The notes under the pieces were generated by a model. It did no database searches, was not told the DNA's origin, and was given only the letters and a program-made list of their open reading frames with translations. A stretch of 64,000 bases of DNA from Vulcanimicrobiota bacterium (lineage in GTDB: Bacteria; Vulcanimicrobiota; Vulcanimicrobiia; Eremiobacterales; Eremiobacteraceae), in assembly GCA_963812135.1 (NCBI GenBank), contig CAWETU010000001.1, positions 2,208,001 through 2,272,000 of the forward strand. The letters are read 5' to 3'. A program made the position numbers and the translations under genes. This document shows, one piece after another, positions 9,815-22,211 of this stretch; the stretch's first letter is position 1; each line of letters opens with the position of its first letter.

Positions 9815-12800
9815 TCAGGGCGAGACGATCAGCGTCGATGAGGCCGTTCGGCCGAATTCTTCCGGCGCGTACTGCAACCTTGCTTCGCCTCCCGGCCACG
9901 AGTATGTTCCTGGCGTCACCGAGCGCACGAGGTAATGGAAGCTATACACCCCGGCCTCGAGGTGATCGGCATATGCGACCACGCGGTCTTTATAGATCTG
10001 CTGATAGTTGATCTGCCAGCTGTCGCTGTGCGCTTGGAAGTAACGCGTCGATGTCTGGAACGACGTGTCGACGGCTTCCAAACCGGCGGGCAGCGGATCG
10101 GTGATGACCAGGTGCTCGACCGGATGATCGGCGATCACCTCAAGGCCTATGTCGTAGACCGCCGACGGCGCCAGCGTGAGCGCACCCGCGGGAAGCCCCA
10201 GACCGATCGATCGTATCACGGTCTCCGAGTTGGCCGCGCGTATGTCGCGCGTGATGCGCAACCCGTTGAGGATGCCGGGCTGATCGCCCGTCAGGCGGTA
10301 GCGATATGCGAGGACGTAGTGTAGCGTGCCTGTGCCGGTCTTCGAGAGCACGACGTTGCTCGGCCCCTTGGGCAGCTGCGCCATCGGCACGCTCACCACG
10401 CGCAGCGGATTGCGATAGCCGTTGAAGCGCTCGGATGCCCACTGCTTGCCCGCGACCGTCATGATCGCCGTGAAGTCCGCGTTGTTGGGCTGTGCGCGCG
10501 AGTAGTCCACCAGCGCGGTGAGCGCTGCCGCATTGTCGTAGTACTCCGGCCACGAACCGCGCACGCGTTGCGCGATCACCACGCGCACAAGTTTGTCTTG
10601 GAGTTCCATCTGCGCATTGCGCGCGACGAACAAACGCAGCGCGGCCGCCTGTGCGATCGTCGGCGTGCTCAGCCAGCCCACGCGACCCGGCAAGTTGAGC
10701 GACGCGTTGCGCCCGGTCTCGTAGATCGATTGTTCGATCTTCAGCGTCATCGCCGTCGCCTGCGCGCTCCACGCCGGGAAGCGCGTGAGATAGCGCGCGA
10801 GGTTGATCTGGTCGACAGTGTCGAGATCGTCGCGTGCGGCGTAGATGTCGCTGAGGTAGTCGTTGCGCGCTTCACCCAGATCCGCCAGCGCGAGGAGCGA
10901 GCGCAGGCGCAGTTCGTCCGCGCACAGCTGATTGCAATATGGGATCTCGTCAGCCTTCGCGATGGTGTGCTTCAGATACGCGCGCACTTTTGCGAGCATG
11001 CCCTCGTCGACCGCTAGCCCCGCGCTCTGCGTGCGAGCGAGCGCTTCGCCGGCGTACGGCGTCACCCACGGGTCCGAGTCCTTGCCGGTCGGCCACGACG
11101 GGAAGCCGCCGTCCGGCAATTGCATCTTCTGCAGTCGCAGCACGTCGTTCGCCGCGGCCGTCACAGGATGGAAGTCTGGGTAGATCTGGCCGTAGCGCGT
11201 CGCGAGGATCTGCATGTTCGCCGTGATCATGAGCTGGCTCGCGATCGGCTCGAGGAACGGCAGGTCCTCATCTTCATCGAGGTCGGCTTTTGCGGCCGAC
11301 GTGAACTCGGGCAGCAAGATGCTCGCGAGCTCGACGTCGAGCCCGCCCAGGCTCGTGTCGACCTTTTGGTCGACGTTGATCGGCACCGTGCTCGACGTGT
11401 TGGTCGTGCTCGCTTCGATGGCGGATTCGACCAGCGGCAGCGTGCGCAGTTCGAGCGGCACCTCGAACGCGTCGCTCAGCGTACCGAGTTTCGTGGTGAA
11501 GCGCACGCTTGTCTTGCCGAGGCCGGTCGCGGTCATCGCGAAACGATACGCCTGCGTGCCCGACTGCACCGACGGCGAGCTCGACGTGAACTGCGATTGC
11601 TGCCCGTTGTTGACGAACGCGAGCGGGCCGCTGAGCTGGCCCTGGATCGAGAGCTGGCCGTTGAGATTGTCCGCGTTGGTGACCGTGATGCCGGCCGAGA
11701 ACTGATCGCCGGGTCGCGCGAATTGCGGCAGCACCGCGTTGGTCAGCAGCGGCTTCGAGGTGATGAAGGTCGCGTCGCCGCCGCCGAACCGCCAGTTCGC
11801 GCTGGAGCTGCCCGAGCCGCTGACCGCCACGGCGAGGACGCGCCACGTCGTCAGATCGTCCGGCAGCGTGAATGTGACGCTGCCGTTGCCCGACGCATCG
11901 GTGAGCAGTGCGCCCTTGTAGAATGCGAGCGGCTGGAAGTTCGTGCGAATGCGCGTGCCGGCGGCGCCTTCGGAAGGTCCGCCGCCATAGCCCCATCCCT
12001 TTTGCAGCGGCGATGCGAAGGGCCGCAGCACGACGTTCGGACGGTTGTCGGAGAACCGCGTCGGGATCGGCTGCACGGCGAACACCGTGTCGATGAGACT
12101 CGGCGGCCGGTAGCCGGACAGTTGCAGAATCGCTTCGTTGACCACCATGACCGCGAACTCGCCGCGGATCGGCTGGCCATTCGCGTCGCGCATCTGGAGG
12201 TGCACGGTCTGCGATTGACCGGGTTCGAGTTTCGCTTTGGCGGGCGTCAGCGTGACTTTGAGCCGACGGTCGTCGAGATTGACCGTGAGCGGCGCGAAGC
12301 CGGTGCGCGACAGGCTATCGAGACTGTCGGGCACGGATGCTGAGAGCGGCGCTCCGGTGCGCACGAGCACGGCCTCGACCGCGGCATTGGGGAGCATGTC
12401 GGGCGTGACGGTGAAGCTGACGCGCGGCGCGCCGCCCGAAACCGTCACGACCTTTTGGAACAGCGGCTTGTATCGCACGACGCTCAGGTAGAGCTGGCCC
12501 GCGGGGTATGGCGATTCGATGAGCGCCGTCGCGGTATCGCCGGGCTTGTACTTGGTCTTGTCGAGCTTGACCGTCAGCCGGCCGGGATTTTCGTTGCCCC
12601 AATCGACGATGTCGGATCCGGCTGCCCAGACCTCGAGGTCGGTCGCGGTGGCATCGTCTTTGGCGCCGGCGAGATTGGCGCGAATGCGATAGACGCCCGA
12701 GCTGGGCGGCGTGAAGGTGATTTTTTGCGGCGTTGTGCCGGAGGTGACGTCGGACTGTGCGACCGTCTTGTATTCGACTTGCCAGCGATCGTTGGAACTG

Positions 12801-15479
12801 CCTTGCGTGAGCTGGGTGACGCTGCTGTACTTCACCGTCTGCAGCTCGACATGCACGCGCTGGCCGTCGCGCGGCGCGCCTTGCGGATCGGTGACGATCA
12901 CCTGCACCGGATACGCGACGCCGGTCTGCGCGACCCAGTCGCCTTGCAGGCCGATGAGCGAATCGCCCGGCAACGCGGTGAACGTCTTCGAGTCGGCCAC
13001 GGAGAGGTTGGACGCATCGGTCGTCTCCATGTCGACGCGATAGTCCATCGGATAGGGGAGATCGTTCGCCACGGTGATGTTCAGGCTGCTCGTGCCGTCC
13101 GCGGGTATGTCGCCGGCTGCTTGCGTGACATCGCTCGGCATGGACGGCGGCTGCTCGGGCCAGAACCACTGGCGCCCGAACGAATACTGATCCCAACCTT
13201 TGGGTTGGAACGTCGATTGCTGGCGCGTGACGTAGAACTTGTACTTGCCGCCTTGCACCGGCGCACCGAACAGGTACATGCTCTTCGCCGTCGCGGCCAC
13301 CGTTTGGCCGGCCTGGGCGAACTGCTTGTCGAGATTCACCGCGACACTGAAGTTCGGGGGCTTGAACTCGGCGACGCGGAACGTGCCGTCGATCTTGACG
13401 CCGTTGCCGCCTTTCCCCTCGAGCGTGTAGTAGCCGAGCGGCTGAGTCGCTTTGAAATGCAGCTGCACCGAGAACGCGCCGTACGCATCGGTCGTGACGC
13501 TGCCGGCGTCGGCAGAGCCGCCGTCGGGATCCAGCAGGCTGAGCTTGTAGGTGGCGTTCGCGTCGCGCACGAGTTGGCCGTTCGCGAGGTAGTACGCTTC
13601 GCCGGTGAACCAGCCGGACTCGCCGGGCTGGTAGAGCATGCGGTCAGAGAAGATGGTGCCGCGCGATTGCGGATCGGCGTTCCACTCGCTGTTCATGTCA
13701 TAGTCATACGCACCGCTGTACTCGAGCGTGCGGGTGAAGGCCCAGTCGGAGCCTTCGTGCGCCACAGCGAGCAAAGACGGCGCGCTTGCGAAGATCGAGG
13801 CGCCGCCCATGCATTGCGACAACGCGCCCGCCGTGAACGTCACGAGACCGGTGGTGTCCGTGGTGCCTGACGCGCATGCGGACACAGGCAGACGCCGGTT
13901 GTCGTCCAGACGCGAAGGCCAGATCTCCACGCGAGCGCCGCCGCGCCGGCGAGCCGTCGGAGAGATGGTTGACGCGGACGAGCCCGGCGGCGGGGAACCA
14001 TTGGGCGAAGATGCCGAGGTTGGTGAGCTGCACGGCACCGCTCGGCGTCGACTGGTCGGCTGCGCCCGTGTCGGCGATCGCGCCGTACGCGAGCAATCCG
14101 GTGTTGCCTTTGAGTCGCGCGCGCAACGGCACGCTCACGCGCGTGGGCACATTCGCCGCTGCATCCGCCTTGACGGTGGTCGTGTCGTGGAGAAACGCTC
14201 GCGGATCGTTGACCGGATCATCGTAGACGAGCTGCGAGGGCGTGACCACGGCGAACGATTGCTCGAAACGCCTGCGCGGCAGGTTGACGGCCCACAGATC
14301 GAGCTGGAGATTGTCGCCGGACGGGAAGATGAAGAACCCCGACGGCACCCAGACGGCCGGCGTGAGAAAGCCGGTCGCGTAGCTCACGGTCTTCGAACTG
14401 CCGAAGGTCTGGCCGAACGTGTCTTTGAGCCCGGGACCGATCGTGATCGTGTAGCTCGTCGACGGGTCGAGCGGGCTCTCGTCGATGTAGACGTATTTGT
14501 CGCCGTCGTCCGCGCGGAATATCTGCGGCGCACCTTTGGGCGTCGGACTCAAGGTGATGTTCTTCGCCACCGAGTCGCCGTTGAGCGGGTTGTTGAACTC
14601 GAGCCGCTCGGGCGGCCCGCTGAAGCGCCCGGTGTAATCCTCCGGGTTGAGTTTGACGAACGCGAGCGGGCCGTAGACCGCGAAGTCGCCGCTATACGAA
14701 TCGGTGCTCGGGAGGTTCCCGTGCGCGGGCATGATGCCAGGCGTGAATTGCAGCGAGTAGGTCTGGTCGTGCGCCAAAGCAGAGCTGGGCGAGACGTCGT
14801 AGATCCAGGGCTTTTGCGAGGGATCGAATTTTTCTTGTGACTGATCGTCATTGGGACCGGGTGTCGGCTGCTTTTCCAGTTTCACGGTGATCGCGACCGG
14901 CGCGACGCCCTTGGCCGAGATGCTCCCGTGCTGCGCGAGCGACGTTTGATCTAGTTCCACGTTGGATTGGATCTGGAACGTCGGCTGCGGACCGACGGGC
15001 GTCGAATTGTCATCGACCGTCGGCAGGCCGTCCAGCGCGATGCCCGGCGTCGTGAACGTCCACGCGATGTCGTTGGCCAGCGTGTTGTTATTCATGTCGG
15101 TCAGCCCGGCGTGCACGACGACCTTGATGCGAGTGGCGATGGGCAACGCTTGGTCGGCCTGGAAGCCGACCATGCGGGGCGTCAGAAATCGGAAGTGGCC
15201 GGCGAGCGCGGGCGTGACGCTGAAATACCCGAGTTTGGCCTGTTGCGACGGCGTCTCGATGGCTTCGACCGGGATGAGCGGCAGCCGGAAACGGACCCGG
15301 ATCTGCGCGTAATTGTCCGCCTCGCCGGTGGGGCTGATCTGTTCGACCCAGGCGGGGACCTTGGGATTGGGCAGCGGCGACACCGCCGGCATCGGGCCGG
15401 CGCCCGGCTTGCCGCAACCTGCCAGCGCAACAAGAAAAGCGACGACCAGAAGATACTGCCGCCGCGCGACCCTTCGCAT
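9815..15479 (-). CDS. Bacterial alpha-2-macroglobulin family lipoprotein (frameshift ~13950)
   Basis: Lipobox LAGC, Ig-like domains, FSDRMLYQPGE, FRVAEFKPPNF, IRTNFQPLAF, LPDDLTTWRV, DPLPAGLEAVD, APEEFGRT. Confidence 0.92.
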
Positions 15480-15619
15480 ATCCGCCCTCGGTCGAACGCT
15501 TGCCCGACCGCTCCAAATTGTCAGACGATAGATAAGTGCGCGTTTCAAGAACGCGCTATAACATTAGCGCGTTCGGGGTGCGGCGTCAAATGGATTTTTT
15601 GTGCGGGCGGTCTAGCGGT

Positions 15620-17047
15620 CTAGCCGCCGCCCGCGCCGACCCGGTCTGCGCTCGGTTCGACCATCAGCGCCGGGTCGAGGATCTTCGCCAGCTCTTCTTC
15701 TGACAGCTTGGTCTTCTCTCGGGCGACCTCTCGAATCGACTTGCCGGTGGCGGCCGCCTCTTTGACGATCGCCGCCGCGGCGTCGTAGCCGATGATGGGC
15801 GCCAGACTGGTGCCGATCGCCAAGCCGCGCTCGACCATGTCGGGACCCTTGTTGGTGGCCTTGAGCCCGTCGACCGCTTGGCGCGCGAAGTTCTTGGACG
15901 CGTTGGCCAGCAGCTCGATGGATTGGAGCAAGTCGTAGGCCACGAGCGGCATGGTCAGGTTGATCTCGAAGTTGCCGCTCTGCCCGCCGACCGTGATGGC
16001 CGCGTCATTGCCGATGACCTGGATGCAGACCATGAGCACCGACTCGGCGATGACCGGATTGACCTTGCCCGGCATGATAGACGAGCCAGGCTGGACCGCC
16101 GGCAGTTCGAGCTCGCCGATGCCGGCTCTCGGGCCGGATCCCAGCCAACGGACATCGTTGGCGATCTTGGTCATCGATACGGCGATCGTCTTGAGCGCGC
16201 CGCTTGCAGCGACCGCGTTGTCGAGCGCCGATTGGGCTTGGAAATGGTTGCTGGTCTCGCGGATCTTCAGGCCGGTCATCTGCGAGAGCTTGGCGGTCGC
16301 GCGTTTGGCGAATTCTGGATGGGTGTTGATGCCGGTGCCGACGGCCGTGCCGCCGAGCGCGACTTCGCTCAGCTCTTCTTGTGCGGCTTGGGCGCGCGCG
16401 ATGCCGCGCTCGATCTGTCCGGCGTAGCCCAGAAATTCTTGGCCGAGCCTTATCGGAGTCGCGTCCTGGAGGTGGGTGCGGCCGGTTTTGATGATCCCCC
16501 AGAACTCTTTGGACTTCTTCTCTAATGATGCTTGCAGAATGCGCAGCGCGGGAATGAGGTCTTCTTTGATCGCGCTGGCGGCGGCGATGTAGGTCGCCGT
16601 CGGGATCACGTCGTTGCTGGACTGGCCGAAGTTGACGTGGTCGTTCGGGTGGATCTTCTTGCCCTTGGCCGCTTCGCCGGCGATCTGGGTTGCGCGATGC
16701 GCGATCACTTCGTTCGCGTTCATGTTCGTCGACGTGCCCGAGCCCGTCTGGAAGGTGTCGACGACGAAATGCGAGTCGTGCTTGCCGTCGATGACCTCTT
16801 GCGCCGACTTGACGATCGCGTCGGCGATCTGCTTGTCGATCAACCCAAGCTCGGCGTTGGTCTGCGCGGCGGCGAGCTTGACCTGGCCGAGCGCCTTGAT
16901 GAAGCGGCGCGGGTAGCGCAGATTGCTGATCGGGAAGTTGAGCGCGGCTCTTTGGGTGCTAGCGCCATAGAGCGCGGACGCAGGCACCTGCATCTCGCCC
17001 ATGGAGTCTTTTTCAGTTCTGGTTGTCACGTCGTTGCCTGTCTTCAT
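15620..17047 (-). CDS. fumC: Class II fumarate hydratase
   Basis: RTEKDSMG, QTGSGTSTNMNANEV, GRTHLQDATP, GSSIMPGKVNP. Confidence 0.95.
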   Translation of the reverse strand: MKTGNDVTTRTEKDSMGEMQVPASALYGASTQRAALNFPISNLRYPRRFIKALGQVKLAAAQTNAELGLIDKQIADAIVKSAQEVIDGKHDSHFVVDTFQTGSGTSTNMNANEVIAHRATQIAGEAAKGKKIHPNDHVNFGQSSNDVIPTATYIAAASAIKEDLIPALRILQASLEKKSKEFWGIIKTGRTHLQDATPIRLGQEFLGYAGQIERGIARAQAAQEELSEVALGGTAVGTGINTHPEFAKRATAKLSQMTGLKIRETSNHFQAQSALDNAVAASGALKTIAVSMTKIANDVRWLGSGPRAGIGELELPAVQPGSSIMPGKVNPVIAESVLMVCIQVIGNDAAITVGGQSGNFEINLTMPLVAYDLLQSIELLANASKNFARQAVDGLKATNKGPDMVERGLAIGTSLAPIIGYDAAAAIVKEAAATGKSIREVAREKTKLSEEELAKILDPALMVEPSADRVGAGGG

Positions 17048-17142
17048 GCGGACGGCTTTCGGCGCGTGCGCCTGGCCGGCCCTCGGGATCCTTCGACGGA
17101 CGTCTCACTTAAAGCGAACCTCCAGCACGTGAAAACCTGTCC

Positions 17143-17713
17143 CTAGATGGCCGGACGTGGTGGTAAGCCGACATACGTCGCGATCTCGGTGCCGATGGGA
17201 AGTCGTGGGCGGATGTCCCCGACGAGCACCGCACCGGCGAGCGCGGGCGCGTTGCGATCGGACGCTGCAGCGACTTCTTCATAGTACACGCCGAAATGCG
17301 GCAACGCGTTGGTGTCGACGAACTCGCGCGCGCTGACGTCGTAGTCTTCGTCATCGGCGCCGCCGGCCTCGAGCGGGTGGCCCTCCCAATATCGCGTGTA
17401 CGTCCAACCGCCGGTCTCGTCGCTGTAGGTCAGCGCGAGCGTTTCGGCTTTGAGGATGTCCGACAGACCTTCGGCCACGCCGCCGTCGTCGAGCGGATGG
17501 CCGTCCTCGATCACCGTCGTCCAATCGTCCTCTTGCGGCAGCAATGCGAAGCTGCGAATGCGTTTTGACGACGTGACGGGATCGGGCGTCGGCTCGAGTC
17601 CACGTTCTTGCGTCGGCGGTGCGCGTCGCGTCGGCCATCAGCTCGTCGAGCGCGTCTCTGACCTCGTGCAGCGGCACGTCCTTCACGTAGACCGTGCCGA
17701 AATCGAAACTCAC
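17143..17713 (-). CDS. Hypothetical acidic protein (frameshifted)
   Basis: VSFDFGTVYVKDVPL N-terminus and ORF 17143..17544 C-terminus, directly downstream of the proline dehydrogenase gene. Confidence 0.5.
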
Positions 17714-17723
17714 TTGATCGGCC

Positions 17724-18614
17724 TCATCGGCTGAAGATGCTGCGCACGACGAAAAACACGTTCTCTCGTCGCTCGGCGAGGCGGCGGTAGAAATAGCCCG
17801 CCCAATGGGTGCCGAACGGCACGTAGATGCGCACGTTGTAGCCTTGGCGCCGCAGTTCACGCTGGCGTCGCGTGCGGATGCCGTAGAGCATTTGGAATTC
17901 GAATTTGTCCTGACCGATGTTGTTGGCTTTTGCGAATTCTTGCACCGCTGTGATCAGCCGTTCGTCGTGCGTCGCGATGCCGGGATAATTGCCACGGGTG
18001 AGCAAGGCCCGGGCGAGGGTCATATAGTGTTCGCGGATCTCGGGCATGCTCTGCAACGCGACGCTCGGCGGCTCTTTATACGCGCCTTTGCACAGTCGCA
18101 CGCGCATGTTTTCTGCGATTGTGCGTTCGACATCGGCATCGGCGCGTTTGAGGTAGGCTTGCACGACCGGCCCGATCTCTTTGTATTGCATGCGGGCGCG
18201 GTCGAGGATTCGATAGGTCGAGTCGACGGTCGCCGAGCCTTCCATATCCAGCCTGATGAACATGCTTTGTGTCCGTGCATGATCGATGATGTGCGAGAGA
18301 TTCTCGAATGCGACGTCGTCGGAGATCGCTTGGCCGATGGCGCTCAGCTTCACCGAGACGTTGCATTCGGCGTGCGCCTCTGCGATGCGGTCGATCATCG
18401 TCTGGTACACTTGCGCGGTGTGCGCGGCTTCGGTCTCCGAGAAGACGTCTTCGCCGAGGAAGTCGAGCGAGGCGGTGAGGCCGTCGGCGTTGAGCGCTTT
18501 GACGGCGTCGAGCGCACTGTCAATCGTCTCGCCGGCCACGAAGCGGCGCGCCAGAAAGAATAGGCGCCGCTGCAACCCGGGGCGCTTGTTGAGGACGTCG
18601 GCAAACGTGGCCAT
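17724..18614 (-). CDS. Monofunctional proline dehydrogenase
   Basis: RRFVAGET, SVKLSAIG, IRLDME, RLCKGAYKE, ATHD, FQMLYG, YFYRRLAER. Confidence 0.93.
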   Translation of the reverse strand: MATFADVLNKRPGLQRRLFFLARRFVAGETIDSALDAVKALNADGLTASLDFLGEDVFSETEAAHTAQVYQTMIDRIAEAHAECNVSVKLSAIGQAISDDVAFENLSHIIDHARTQSMFIRLDMEGSATVDSTYRILDRARMQYKEIGPVVQAYLKRADADVERTIAENMRVRLCKGAYKEPPSVALQSMPEIREHYMTLARALLTRGNYPGIATHDERLITAVQEFAKANNIGQDKFEFQMLYGIRTRRQRELRRQGYNVRIYVPFGTHWAGYFYRRLAERRENVFFVVRSIFSR

Positions 18615-18692
18615 GCGGCATGAGGCTTACCACGCGCGAGCGCGGCGCGCCTTCGGCAGGAGTCGTCAGGCTTGCGACCGCACCTGCACGCC

Positions 18693-20606
18693 ATGGCGCT
18701 CACAGCTTCCGAGCTCACGACTTTGCGTTTGCTCGAGGCGACTTTCGCGCCCGTCGAGTGCGACGTCGACACCGCGACCGCGCAGGTGGCGACCGCGCTC
18801 GAGTTGCTGGCGCCTCACAAACGCGACCAGTTGCGCAGCCTGCTGAGTCTGTTGGAATCGCCCTTCTTCAACTTGTTCCGCGGCGGCTTGTTCAGGCCGT
18901 TTTCGGGGTTGGATCAAGAGCAACGCACGCGCGTGCTCGTGGGGATGGGCGACAGCATGTTCCCGTTGCTGCGCACGGGCTTCCAAGCGTTCAAGCGGTT
19001 GTGCACGTCGGCGGCGTACTCGGCGGTGGACGCGCATGGGCGCAATCCGCTGTGGGCGCTGAACGGGTATCCAGGGCCGCGCAATGACCGGCCTGCGTCT
19101 TCGAGCGTTCCGCCGCTGCCGATCACCGAGCCGGACGCGCAGGAGCTGCACGCCGATGCCGTGGTGGTCGGCTCTGGTGCGGGCGGCGGCGTGGCCGCTG
19201 CGTTATTGGCCGCTTCCGGCAAGCGAGTCATCGTGCTGGAAGCCGGGCCACGCGCCGATCCCGCGGAGTTCACGCAGCTCGAAGCTGCTGACATGTCGCG
19301 CTACTATCTCGACAACGCGTTAGCCGCGACTGACGATCTCGGCGTCGTGTTGCTCGCGGGCGCGTGCGTGGGGGGCGGCACGACTGTCAACTGGTGCACA
19401 TCGTTGCGCATATCCGACAAAGTCGCAGCCCAGTGGGGCGCGGCGAGCGGGGGTATCGATTTCGGGTCTTCGTTAGCGCCGCACTACGACGCGGTCTCGG
19501 AGCGGCTTGGCCTGATCGCCGTGAACGAGCACAACAAGAACAACGCCGCGCTGCTGCGCGGTTGCCAGGCGCTGGGTTGGCATGCGGCCTGCAATCTGAA
19601 GAACAGCGTCGGCTGCGGCGATGGCTGCGGGTATTGCGGCTTCGGCTGCGTCTACGGCGCGAAGCGCTCGACAGCGGCGACCTATTTGCTGGATGCGGTT
19701 GGCGCGGGCGCCACGATCGTGGCCGACGCGCGCGTAGAGCGGGTCTTGGTGGAGCGGGCCGCGGCGCGCGGCGTCGTCGCACAGTATAAAGGAAGAGAGT
19801 TGCACGTCCACGCGCCTTTAGTGGTGCTTGCGGCGGGCGCTTTGAGGACGCCTGGCATCCTCGCTCGCAGTGGAATCGACTCTCCGCATGTCGGACATCA
19901 TCTCAAGCTGCACCCGACGACGGCGTTGTTCGCTTCGTTCGACGAGCGCGTCGAGACCTACATCGGCCCGATGCAGACGGTGTATTCAGATCAATTCGGC
20001 GACCTCGACGATGCATACGGGGCCAAGATGGAAGTCGCGCCGGCGCATCCCGGGCTTGCCGCGTTCTCGTTGCCATGGCGTTCGCGCGAGCAGCATGCGG
20101 CGGCGATGCGCGAATCACCGTATGCGGCGGCGCTGATCTCGTTGACGCGCGATCGCGGCGAGGGCAGTGTCGGTCTGGACAAGCGCGGCGATGTGCGCTA
20201 CCAGGTGAACGAGTACGACATGCGTCATTTGCTCGACGGCCTCAACGGCTGCATCGAAGTCGCATTCGCGGCCGGCGCGCGTAAAGTCATCACGCTGCAT
20301 CAACGCATCATGGAGCTGACGCGCGAAGAGGCGACGCCCGAGCGGCGCCGCGATTTCGCCGAAGCGATCTTGCTCGGGGACAGCGCGCCCAACCGTTTAG
20401 CCGTGTATTCAGCGCATCAGATGGGAACGGCGCGGATGAACCGCGACCCGGGCAACGGCGTGGTCGACGAGCGCGGCGCGGTGAATGGGATGTCGGGGCT
20501 GTACATCTCAGACGGATCGGTATTTCCGCTCGCATCGGGGGTCAATCCGATGCTGACGATCATGGCGCTCGCGCATCGCACGGCGACGGCGTGCGCGCGC
20601 GGTTAA
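18693..20606 (+). CDS. GMC oxidoreductase (long-chain alcohol oxidase-like)
   Basis: VVVGSGAGGG, GACVGGGTTVNW, CGYCGFGC, SAHQMGTARM, GVNPMLTIMA. Confidence 0.88.
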   Translation: MALTASELTTLRLLEATFAPVECDVDTATAQVATALELLAPHKRDQLRSLLSLLESPFFNLFRGGLFRPFSGLDQEQRTRVLVGMGDSMFPLLRTGFQAFKRLCTSAAYSAVDAHGRNPLWALNGYPGPRNDRPASSSVPPLPITEPDAQELHADAVVVGSGAGGGVAAALLAASGKRVIVLEAGPRADPAEFTQLEAADMSRYYLDNALAATDDLGVVLLAGACVGGGTTVNWCTSLRISDKVAAQWGAASGGIDFGSSLAPHYDAVSERLGLIAVNEHNKNNAALLRGCQALGWHAACNLKNSVGCGDGCGYCGFGCVYGAKRSTAATYLLDAVGAGATIVADARVERVLVERAAARGVVAQYKGRELHVHAPLVVLAAGALRTPGILARSGIDSPHVGHHLKLHPTTALFASFDERVETYIGPMQTVYSDQFGDLDDAYGAKMEVAPAHPGLAAFSLPWRSREQHAAAMRESPYAAALISLTRDRGEGSVGLDKRGDVRYQVNEYDMRHLLDGLNGCIEVAFAAGARKVITLHQRIMELTREEATPERRRDFAEAILLGDSAPNRLAVYSAHQMGTARMNRDPGNGVVDERGAVNGMSGLYISDGSVFPLASGVNPMLTIMALAHRTATACARG

Positions 20607-20749
20607 ACGAAGACTGTGGGAAATCGTCTACGTTGATCGGTATTCGTTGCCATGGACAGTCACGGCCAGACAGTACGGCACGCGGCCCTCGCACTATCCC
20701 TGAGGCGGCGGCGGCGGCGGCTCCGGACAAGACGGATACACGACCAGCA

Positions 20750-21293
20750 CTAGAGCGCCGGTCGACGATCCCAGTTTCCGGGGTGGTACCCGGTCCTGTT
20801 CGCCGGCATGGTGAGCTGGAGTGGGCCAACGGCTCCGCAGTCCGGATCCGTCGTCACAAGTAGAGCGTGCTTCCGAACGGCACTTGAAGCTACCGTGGAT
20901 CCAACAGTCGGCGCCGGTCGTACCGTGATAGAAATCCGAGCTGCGATTGCTCGAAAAACTGAGGTCTGCGGGCGATGGGCCGCGACACTTGCCGGCGCAT
21001 AGCCGTGGCCTACGTTCGGAATGATCTGGAGATCCAACGCAAAGCACTTCAGCTCGGCTGCGGCAAGAGGTGGGGATGGCTTTGATCGGGCCGCTGCTGG
21101 GCCCACGCATCCTCCAGGAGGGAGGCGGCGGCAGGACGTGGATGTTCTGCAACGCGCACGGGTTTGTGGTGGTGAACGTCCGGTGTCCGGCCCCGGTTAC
21201 CGCCGCGTTTGCTCCAACAGAAGTCAAGATTTGAAGACCGACTAGCGCGGCTGCTGCGACGAACGTGACCGAGTGCGCTACGATTGTCCTCAT
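20750..21293 (-). CDS. Secreted hypothetical protein (probably frameshifted)
   Basis: Signal peptide MRTIVAHSVTFVAAAALVG after GGAG; 3' part ambiguous between frames. Confidence 0.4.
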
Positions 21294-21418
21294 TGCGTAG
21301 CACTCCCTGTCATATCTGATCAAGGCCGGAGGCCGCGGCACGCGGCGAACTTAGCCGGCTAGGACGGCACGCTCGGTCACACCGGGAAAGCAGAGAACCC
21401 GTGATGAAAACGTGCGAC

Positions 21419-22078
21419 ATGAGCAGACGTATCATTCTCACGCTTCTCATATTGCTATGTTGCGCAACCGCTCCGGCGACCGCGGATGACGCTTCCTCGG
21501 CTGCGGCTCGTTTAGCAAAATGCGACGGTCAGGCAAATGAGACGCCGATTCCGACAGCCGAGCTCGTGCAAGGTAGCTACGCGGTGGTCGGCTTGAAATG
21601 TGAGCCCGACGACGGCTTTGTGGTTGTGCTCCATCAAACCGCAAGCGGGTGGTCGGCTCCTATTAAGACCGACGCATCCCATCTTCAGCAAAATCCCTTC
21701 GCCGTAAGCGGCGTGCCGCAAGATGTCGCCTCGTCGTTGTGGGCGACGTGGAAGGCTCGCGGAACCGGCCAATTCACCGACCCAGCTGATGCAGCAGATT
21801 CAGCCGCGGCGATCGCGGCCGCTCGGGCCGCTGGAAGCGCGCATCCAAACGCTAAAGCTGTGGTGGGTCCTTGGATTATCGGCCCGTGGGCAGAGGCGTT
21901 GTGGAGCGACGGGATCCACGGCAACGGCGATATCGTGCTCCACAAAGAGAACGGCAAGTGGATCGTGGTCGTGTGGGGGCAGCGGCTTCTCGGTGGGCCA
22001 TTCCACCTCAGCGCATTCGGCATGCCGTATAACATCGCGTGGCGTTTGATGGAATCGGAACATCGCCTCGAGCCCTAA
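21419..22078 (+). CDS. Secreted hypothetical protein with two similar small domains
   Basis: Signal peptide; GSYAVV..VVLHQTASGWS vs GPWAEA..IVLHKENGKWIV. Confidence 0.6.
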   Translation: MSRRIILTLLILLCCATAPATADDASSAAARLAKCDGQANETPIPTAELVQGSYAVVGLKCEPDDGFVVVLHQTASGWSAPIKTDASHLQQNPFAVSGVPQDVASSLWATWKARGTGQFTDPADAADSAAAIAAARAAGSAHPNAKAVVGPWIIGPWAEALWSDGIHGNGDIVLHKENGKWIVVVWGQRLLGGPFHLSAFGMPYNIAWRLMESEHRLEP

Positions 22079-22157
22079 CGTTTCCGGCGGGACAGCTTTA
22101 GAGCACATCGGGCACGGTCCGAGGACGGACGTCGCGGCCTGCCCTCATCAACGCCGA

Positions 22158-22191
22158 GAGCGGCTCACATTTCGTGGGCCGCTTTCGTTTG
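22158..22191 (+). terminator. Intrinsic terminator between convergent genes
   Basis: AGCGGCTCAC-ATTTC-GTGGGCCGCT followed by TTCGTTT. Confidence 0.6.
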
Positions 22192-22211
22192 TCTTCACGA
22201 GCGTACGCTCG

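Noticed and set aside
10568..14840. Long + strand ORFs (407, 471, 370 aa) opposite A2M, and similar ones elsewhere
   Set aside because: GC-rich antisense shadows of real genes with Arg-rich, motif-less translations
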